The position numbers and the translations under genes were made by a program. The notes beneath the pieces are model-generated. The model worked only from the letters and a program-made list of their open reading frames with translations, was not told the origin of the DNA and searched no databases. From the human T2T-CHM13v2.0 reference genome, Homo sapiens, in NCBI RefSeq assembly GCF_009914755.1, contig NC_060927.1: a stretch of 64,000 nt of DNA; one strand, given 5' to 3'. Positions 52,501 through 64,000 of the stretch are shown here, in pieces. The first letter of the stretch is position 1. Each line of letters begins with the position of its first letter.

Positions 52501-52963
52501 ATATCAGTTTTTTAGATCTGCCCTAACAAAGTTACAAAGTTTAAGTACTGAGTGCTTAAAACAACAGAAATTTATTCTCTGAAAGTTCTGGAGGATAACG
52601 ATCTGTCATCTGGGTCAGTTTCTGACTCTGTGGGAGAAACCATCTCATGACTTTCTCTTAGACTCTAGTTGTTGCCAGCAGCCCTTGGCATGCCTCAGCT
52701 TGGAGACTAAGAATCCAGTCTTGGCCTCAGTCTTCACATGGCCTTCTCTCTATATGTCTTCACATCATCTTCTCTCTTTGCATATTTGTGTTCAAATTTC
52801 CCTCTTATGATAAGGACACTGGTCTTTGGATTAGAGCCCATTCTCATACACTATGACCTCATCTTAAATTGATTGCATTTCCAAAGACACTATTTTCAAA
52901 AAAGGTCACATAATACGGTTCCTTGTAGACATAAATTAGGGTGATGCTCTTCAACCCAGAGCA
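52501..52963 (-). mobile_element. MaLR solo LTR (MLT1 family)
   Basis: GCTTAAAACAACAGAAATTTATTCTCT...TTCTGGAGG...CTTATGATAAGGACACTGGTC...GACCTCATCTTAA. Confidence 0.85.
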
Positions 52964-52974
52964 TATCGCTTTCT

Positions 52975-53280
52975 CTCTTCTGGCCTAGCTAACTCTCTGT
53001 CTTTCTTCAGATTCAGGTCAACTGTCAGTTCCCAGTATTTTCCATGACCAGGTTCATTTTTCCTGTTTACTCCATTGTAGCATCATTTACTCTTTGCAGC
53101 ATTTATCACAGAGCGATTTTATATTCATTCATGTAATTCTTTTATTGATGTCTATCTTCCCATGCCAACCTGCATGCCTTAAAAAAGCAAGGAATTTCTC
53201 ATATTTTTTGCTCACTGCTGTATCCCTAAAATATAGTATAGTGCCTGTCATGTAGTGGGTACAAAGAATAAAAAATTAAT
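52975..53280 (+). mobile_element. L2 3' end
   Basis: GCTCACTGCTGTATCCCTA...TAGTGCCTGTCATGTAGTGGGTAC. Confidence 0.7.
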
Positions 53281-55493
53281 AAAAAAGCAAATGGCTCATA
53301 TGTTGAAGTAAAGAACAAAGGAAGAATGGTCGGAGAGGGTGGTAATAACATTGTGGAACCATCTCTGCTCTCTGTTAGTAGAAAAAAGAAGCACTGAGGT
53401 AGGTAACGTTTCCTTTGTTCACAATTTCTTTATAAATTCTGCCATTAGAGTCTTCCTAGATTGTCCATGAACATTGGTGAGGGAAGTTGAAGAACTGATG
53501 GTTGGAGTTCTGGAGGATCCCGAGGCAAAGGAAAAAAAAAAAGAGAAGAAAGAAAAAATAACAAGAAGAAATAGTGCGCTGGCTGAGGGGGCTTAGACTG
53601 ACATTTAGAAGGCTAATTGAATGTGGTGGCAATCATAAAGTCGGAATAAATAAGGCAGGCCATGACTGCACTGACAGTAAGGATGGATTAAAGTCTGTCT
53701 ACAATCAAAATAGATTACAATTTCTTTTCCTTAAACAACGTATTGCTGCACACCATTAACCTGACTAATTTCTATATTTTCCATTTTCATGGAAGTCTAT
53801 ATTTTGCCAGTGTGAAATTTAAAAATTGAGGCTGGTGAAATTGCATAAAACCCCAGTGCAAGAGAAACAGGGAATTTTCAATGACAGTGTACCAGACATT
53901 AGGCACCGTCCGCAGGTGGCCCCTTCAATTAGAGACTTAAAAATATGATCCAACCAAGAAACAAGTGCAAAGGTATAAAGTGTGAGAAAAACGGAGAAAA
54001 TAGGTAACCAAATGGAACCTAGAAGAAAAAAGAAAACTGAAGATGCACCAAAAAAAAAAATTGTTTTATAAATCCACCCACTAGCCAAGCTGTGTCTTTT
54101 TCAAACTCATGGAACTTTGCAAAAGCTTAAATGTCCATACTTTTATTGTTTTAGTTGTGATGGCATTTGGGGTAGTATTGATAGAATAATTCAGGGAAGT
54201 CATGTGATAATTTATTTCTTACCATAACTGGGAGGTTAGGGGCAAGCAGTGGATGTTGGTTTAAATTTTAGTTCAGGGTTCTGCAGAATTCAGAAGGCTT
54301 TGCAAACTAGCCAGGACTTGAAAGTGCTAAATTTGACTTTAAGTTCCTATTCTCTTGCAAATGTGAAACTTCTAAAAAAATTCAAATTTGTTCCCACTTC
54401 CTATGTTTAAGTGAGCAGCCTACTGTTCTTCAAATACTGCTCAATACTCATTTGTTGATTATATCACAGAATTTCACATAGGAGTCACACGGGCTGTTGG
54501 ATTCCAATTGCTACCTACTTCTGCTCTTGTCCTTTATCAGCTAGGCTGCTATTAGCACCACTATTATATTTCTAATTGGCATGTATCATTTGACTTGTGC
54601 ATGAGGGAAATGTTCCAAATACCTATCCTCTGATTTTCATTGACAGTTCTTTAAGTTGCTTTGGAAGTGTTGTAGCATTTTGCTCCTTAAGGCAGAGTCA
54701 GAGACTAAGGAAAAAGTTAAAATCTGGAAGAAATATTTTAGCTACTAAAAATGATTGAATGAGAAACTTATCTTCCTTAAATGTTATTTTATGTAGAACG
54801 TTCTTTTCCTCAGGCATCAAGCAATAAATAGAAGAAGTATTGAAACTAGTACAGAAAATGAGAGTATCCAAACACATCTTTAAGCAGAGAAATTGATCAG
54901 TTCAACCTACAGGGATAATGATACATTAGCTTCTTAGAAAAGAAAACAGAGGAGGCATCTTATTTTTCAGTTATGAAGAAGGGAAGTCATTAAAGAGCTA
55001 AATAACTATAGGGATGTAATTATAAGAAGAGACAAATCTATTGGATCAATAATCAGCCTTAATAAAAGAGAACCTGTGACAGAAGGATTCAGAAAATTGA
55101 ACGACATTTGAACACTGGAAATTGACCTAATATTTAACTTCAAAAAAAAAAAAAACAATACATCATGCAAGTATACACATATGCATTCACAAATATATTA
55201 GTTGAAATGGGCAGGGGAAAATGGAAAGATATAAAAAAGTGTCTAAAGCAAACCACATGAAGTATTTATGAATATATTAGAAAATTTATCTTATAGACAG
55301 TCTATTTCAGTAGCTTATCAGTAAATATCCCTATCCTATCAGCATCTCTCCCTTGATTGAAGCATTATAACTTCAATTGCTGAAATGCTATCTTTTAGTA
55401 CTCTGCAGAGTGGCTATAGAGTTAGCTTCTTGAAGCCAGAAGTTGTTTACTCAGAACCACAGAAAACTTGGCTTCATATGTCTGATACAAAGG

Positions 55494-55533
55494 CACACAT
55501 GCACGCACGCACACACATACACACACACACACA
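55494..55533. repeat. Imperfect (CA)n microsatellite
   Basis: Seen directly. Confidence 0.85.
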
Positions 55534-55904
55534 ACATGGATTAACTTTGTACATTGACCCTAAAGGGTCTACAGGGGGACAACATGAAGAGATAAGGAAT
55601 TTCCAGAGATTTAAAGCCAAGTTTTGAGCTGTTGCCATTCAGGATTATTATAGCCTTAACCTCAAAAGCAATGACTATCCTTGATGTTTATCACAAAGGA
55701 CAATTATTTCTAAACTGTGTGAGAGTAAAGCCTTAGTAGAAACAGTCTCTTTAGAAATCATTGCCACGATTTCAAGGTTTTATCTAGCACCAAATGATGG
55801 GTCGATTTAGTTGTATTGGCAAACGAAGAAAAATAGAGACAAAAACAAGTAGCAGATACTTGCAGGAAAGTTTGTTGAAATATTATTAATGAGTAAACCC
55901 TGTA

Positions 55905-56237
55905 CAGATGCTCCTTAACTTATGATGGGGTTACATCTTCATAAATCCATCCTAAACTGAACATATCATATGTCAATAATATGCCTAGTACATCTAACCC
56001 ACCAAACACTATAGCATAGCTTACTATACCTCACATGTGCCCAGAACACTAATATTAGCCTACAGTTGGGTAAAACCACCTAACACAAAGCTGATTATAT
56101 AATAGAATGTCAAATATCTCATGTGATTTATTGAACATTGTATTGAAATGTGGCTTCTACTGAATGTGTATCACTTTCATATCATTGTAAAGTCAAACAG
56201 TCATTACATTGAACCATCTTAAGTCAAGGGCAATCTG
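55905..56237. mobile_element. MER47A-like Tigger-family DNA transposon
   Basis: TIRs CAGATGCTCCTTAACTTATGATGG... / ...CCATCTTAAGTCAAGGGCAATCTG with TA TSDs. Confidence 0.85.
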
Positions 56238-57454
56238 TAGATTATTTCTTAAAGAGATGACTAAATATAGCATTTTTTGGGCAAGTAGTTTTAATAATCT
56301 AGGTTTTTTAATTCAGCCATTATCTACAAAGCACACTAATAAAGAATCACATGGCTACAATGAAATGATCAAAGTCTTAATTGATTATCTTTCTAATATT
56401 CTTTTGTACTCTAACTTGTAAAAAGGAGTCAGGACAATGTGTTTAAAAATTTGCATCCTTAAAATGCTGATGGAGGATCAATTGTATTTATTTGTTCTTA
56501 TCCCTTAATCAACAGGGAAGAAGAAAATAAAATGGTAACAGTATTTTAATTACTAGAAATTAGAAATTATGGTAGTACAGTGTAAAAAATAAGCTTCCTG
56601 AAAAGAAAAAAAAATGAGGTGGAAAAGTGTAAGCAAATAAGACGACATTAAGCAAAAACTCTTACTAAAGGAGTCATGATGAGCACAAGCCTTTTCTCAT
56701 GGAGGTGCAGAGAGATAAATATGACAGATATGAATGTACCTGGCTTTCATAGAAAGATTTATTTTATAAATACAAGAACAGAGATTGACTATCTTAACCA
56801 GTTCATTTTTAAAGGAACTATCAATTTTAAAAGTCATGAACCTCAGGCATAGAGTAAAACAGGCTTGGAGTGATAATGGAAAGTACATAAAAATCTGTTT
56901 TTCTCAAGGCACCCTGTGGACATGACTATCTTTGATATTTTCTAAGGAAACAGAATTGCATAATGCACCATCCTCATAGTAATTTAACACTTTTTCTAAA
57001 GCCTGAAAAAGACTAGAATAACGTTAGGAAGGAAGAAACACAAACTCACCCAGAGCTACTATGAAAATGCTTCACTGAAGCTGATAATGTTCAACATGAA
57101 TTGGCTTCAGAAACTATTTTTACCAGACTTCTCAAAGCACATTTTCTAATAATGGAGCTGTTTATTCTTTGAAAATTAGTAAGATATTGGGCTACTTATC
57201 ACAATAGTAGAACTTTGTTATCTTCCACCAGTTCTAGGCAGGAGTTCTAGGTTCTAAGTGACACCTCTCCTTTCCTGTCCATAAAATCTGATTAACAGAC
57301 TCATGAATGCTTCTTTCCAAAATTATGAATCTCAGTAGAGAAATAATACTCTCAAGAAATAATTTTCTATTTAAGATAGGTGTTTCAGAAAAAAGATTTT
57401 AAATTCATTACCTAATTTTAAATGTGGATTCATAGATACTTTCTATGATTTTAG

Positions 57455-57885
57455 AACAATAATTAAGGTCTCGTATGTGCTGTGAACTGTTGTAAAATCT
57501 GGGGATACAGCAGTAAGTAAGACAACTATTCTTAAAAGTTTACATTCTAGAAAGGAAATAAATAGTACACAAAGGAATAATTGAACAAAGAAATGTCAGA
57601 TATGATAAACTATTAACAGGCTAACTTTTGTTGAGCTTCAAATGTGCACTATATTCTAGATAATAGTATATATCTGTGAACAAAAGAAGGGCAACTCTGC
57701 TCTCAAGAAAGTTATATTTATTGGAACAGTCAGACAATAAATAATATAGTTGTGTTTGTATGTGTGTGCACAATTCAGAAAATAATGAATACTTTAAAAT
57801 TAAAAATAAAATAGGAGATCATATTAGACTGGAAAAGGGTAAGGAACGGTTGCTTTAGATAGGGTGGCCAAGGAAGGCCTTCCCT
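57455..57885 (-). mobile_element. L2 3' fragments (continuing at about 59360-59470)
   Basis: CTGGGGATACAGCAGTAAGTAAGACA; TTTAGATAGGGTGGCCAAGGAAGGCCT. The sequence resumes as GGCTTCTTTGAGAAGGTGAAATTTG after the L1 insertions. Confidence 0.65.
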
Positions 57886-57924
57886 TTATAAAAAGTTAAC
57901 CTTTCTATATTATTTCTTTTATTA

Positions 57925-58250
57925 AAGTCTTTTTTATTTGTGTGGGTACATGCTAGGTGTATGTATTTATGTGGTACATGAGATATCTTGATATAGGCTT
58001 ACAATGCATAATAATCTCAGGGTAAATGGGGTATCAATCACCTCAAGCATGTATTCTTTCTTTGTGTTGCCAACAATCCAGATATACTCTTTTAGTTATT
58101 TTTCAACCGATAATAAATTATTGTTGACTGTAGTCATCCTGTTGTGCTATCAAATACTAGATTTTACTCATTCTGTCTAATTACATGTTGTACCTATTAA
58201 CCATTCCTTTTCCCACTACCCACTATGCTTTTCAGTCTCTGGTAACCATC
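57925..58250 (-). mobile_element. L1MA1-3-like 3'-end fragment
   Basis: GTGGGTACATG..AGGTGTATGTATTTATGTGGTACATGAGAT...GGGTAAATGGGGTATCAATCACCTCAAGCAT. Confidence 0.8.
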
Positions 58251-58254
58251 AAGG

Positions 58255-59355
58255 ACTTTATTTTTTAAAGCAGTTTTAGATTCACAGCAAAATTGAGAGA
58301 GGAAGCTACAAAGATGTTTTTCATATTCTCCCTGTCCCCACACATGCACAGCCTTCCTAATCAACATCCTCTACTGGAGTAGCACATTTATTACAATTGA
58401 TCATCCTACATTGACACATCATTATCACCCAAAGCCCATAGTTCACATTAGGGTTCACTGTTAGTGTTGTACATTCTATGGGTTTGGACAAATGCATAAT
58501 AATATGTATGCAACATTATAGTATCATACAGAAGTGTTTCACTGCCCTAAAAATTGTCTGTGTTCCACCTATTTAACCATTCCCACCACCCAACCCCTGG
58601 CAACTATTGATATTTTTACTATCTCCACAGTTTTACCTTTTCCAGAATGTCATATAGTCAGAATCTTACAATATGTAATCTTTTCAGATTGGCTTCTTTT
58701 AGTTAGTATTATGCATCTTAGATTCTTCCCTTTTTTATGGCTTAACAATTCATTTATTTTTAGCACCAAATAATATTCCATTGCATGGATATACTACATT
58801 TTATTATCCGTTCAACTACTGAAGGACATCTTGGTTGCATCCAAGTTTTGAAATTATAAATAAAGCTGCTATAAACATCTGTGTGCAGACTTTTTTGTGG
58901 ACAATAGCTTTCAACTCCTTTGAGTAGATGCCACGGAGGATGATTCCTGGTTTGTATGGTAAGACTATATTTAGTTTTGTGAGAAGACAAATTGTCTTCC
59001 AAAGTGGCTGTATCATTTTACATTTCCATCAGTAATGAATGAGAGTTCTTGTTGCTCCACATCCTTGTCAGCATTTGGATTTTGATCATTCTAATAAGTG
59101 TAGTGTTATCTCATTGTGTTTTAATTTGCATTTCTCTGATGACATATGATGTGGAACATCTTTTCATATCCTATTTTCCATCTGTAAATGTTCTTTCATG
59201 AGGAGTTTGTTAAGGTTTTTGGCCCATTTTTAAATTTGTTTTCTTATTGTTGAGTTTTAAGAGTTTTTGTATACTTTGAATAACAATCCTTTATTGGATG
59301 TGTTTTTTTACAAATATTTTCTACGAGTCTGTGACTTACGTTCTCATTCTTTTGA
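58255..59355 (-). mobile_element. L1MC 3' UTR plus ORF2 C-terminal fragment
   Basis: ORF track QPLWKT...[12 protein letters not shown] and WMQPRCPS are decayed ORF2p C-terminus. L1MC-type 3' end. Confidence 0.85.
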
Positions 59356-59686
59356 GACAGGCTTCTTTGAGAAGGTGAAATTTGCTATAAGACTTGAGAA
59401 AGTGAGGCAGAGAGCTTTACGGGTATCTAAAGAAGGAAAGTTCCTATAAGAGGATTGTCAAGCGCAAATGAATATATATTTCATGTGATCTATTGTGTAC
59501 CATCAGGAAATTAAGTGATTCGACCAATATAGGTTATTTTCACCACCAATTTATAGGAAAAATAATTTCATTATAAATTTTTGTTTTTTTTTTTATTTTT
59601 TTTTTTTATTATACTCTAAGTTTTAGGGTACATGTGCACATTGTGCAGGTTAGTTACATATGTATACATGTGCCATGCTGGTGCGC

Positions 59687-59862
59687 TGCACCCACTAATG
59701 TGTCATCTAGCATTAGGTATATCTCCCAATGCTATCCCTCCCCCCTCCCCCGACCCCACCACAGTCCCCAGAGTTGCACCCACTAATGTGTCATCTAGCA
59801 TTAGGTATATCTCCCAATGCTATCCCTCCCCCCTCCCCCAACCCCACCACAGTCCCCAGAGT
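59687..59862. repeat. 88-bp tandem duplication within the L1HS 3' UTR
   Basis: TGCACCCACTAATGTG...AGTCCCCAGAGT at 59687-59774 and 59775-59862, with one mismatch (CCCGACC vs CCCAACC). Confidence 0.97.
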
Positions 59863-59900
59863 GTGATATTCCCCTTCCTGTGTCCATGTGATCTCATTGT

Positions 59901-62870
<2,970 letters not shown>

Positions 62871-62949
62871 TAACGGAATATATATCAAATATCAGTTGAG
62901 TGTGAAACTGATTGCTACATGATAATTAATTTTAATAAAAGTTGGTTCT

Positions 62950-64000
62950 ACAGCTTTTTACCCACTTTGAAAATATGAAGTAGATTCCTTGGGATTTTCT
63001 ATGTAGATTATTCTATTATCTATCAAAAATATTTGTATCTCTTTCCAATTTGTATGCTTTTGATTCGTTTTTCTTGACTTATTTCATGGGCCTGCACCAC
63101 CAGTACAATATGGAGTAGTTGTTAATATTGAGTTAAGGGCCTTTGCATGTAAGGTTGTAAGCAATACTCGTCTGTAGTTTTCCATCTTCCTTTTCTTCTT
63201 TTTTGAAATGTCTCGCTGACTTTTGTTTCACGGTAATGCTGGACTCAAAATATTAGTTGAAAAATATTTTCCTTTCTTCTATTTTCTTATAACATTAGTG
63301 TACAAAGTATATTTTTTCTTCCTTACTTTGTAGAATTCATGATAAATGTGATCTGGGACTGGATTTTAAGCTATGTATATGGTTATAAACTTTGAACTCA
63401 ATTTCTTTTAAAGATATAGAAATGTTAATTAGAGTATTTATTTCTTCTCTTGTGAATTTTATCAGTTGGTCCTTTCAATAAATGTATTTAATTTACTTAA
63501 TCTATGTTATCAAGTTTATTGGCATTTTTATTTATAATAGTCCCTTATGGTTTTAGTATCTGTTGGATCTTTGTTGGTAATACCTCTTTCATTCTTAATA
63601 TTGGTAATTTCTGTTTTTTTTCTTTTAAAAAACCAGTATGACTAGAAGTTTATCAATTTCATTGATCTTTTTCTGGTTTCACTTAGTTGTTTTCCTAATT
63701 TAAATATAATTGGTTTCTGCTCTTATTTAATAATTCTTCCTTCTGCTGACTTTGGGTTTTAATTTGCTCTTCTTGTTTTTATTTTTTTCAGCATATTAGG
63801 TCACTGATTTGAGAATTTTATTTTTTTAATATAGGAAACTAGAGTTATAAATTTATCAACCATAACTGTATCTCACAAAATTTTGTTTTGTTTTCAAAAT
63901 ATTTATTTACAAACCAAAGTACTTTTTAATTTTCTTTATGTGTTTTTTAAATTTGGCCACATGTTATTTGGAAGTACGTTTTTTAATTTTTAAATTTTTA
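62950..64000 (-). mobile_element. Ancient L1M ORF2 fragments, antisense
   Basis: GATTCCTTGGGATTTTCTATGTAGA...CACCAGTACAATATG...TAATGCTGGACTCAAAA...AGTTTATCAATTTCATTGATCTTTT. T-rich. Confidence 0.75.

Overview
AT-rich, repeat-dominated primate DNA, almost certainly human: it carries an L1 with L1HS-Ta diagnostic bases and an AluYa5-lineage element. It looks intergenic or intronic. I see no cellular protein-coding gene, RNA gene or CpG island. The only long ORF (59901-62486, 861 aa) is the RT plus C-terminal part of L1 ORF2p in a young, 5'-truncated, twin-primed (inverted) L1HS-Ta insertion with a 16-bp TSD and an 88-bp tandem duplication in its 3' UTR. The rest is layered Alu, L1, L2, L3/CR1, MIR, MaLR/ERVL/ERV1 LTR and Tigger relics, plus microsatellites. 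The most notable structure is retrotransposon mechanics: three twin-priming L1 inversions of very different ages (one only about 11 bp), an arm-recombined Alu monomer, an Alu with 4 of 5 Ya5 diagnostics, and a nested LTR16/ERVL cluster. There are also two candidate minus-strand spliced exons in apparently unique sequence. I found no convincing previously undescribed biological system. Subfamily names come from remembered consensus sequences, and boundaries of old repeats are approximate.
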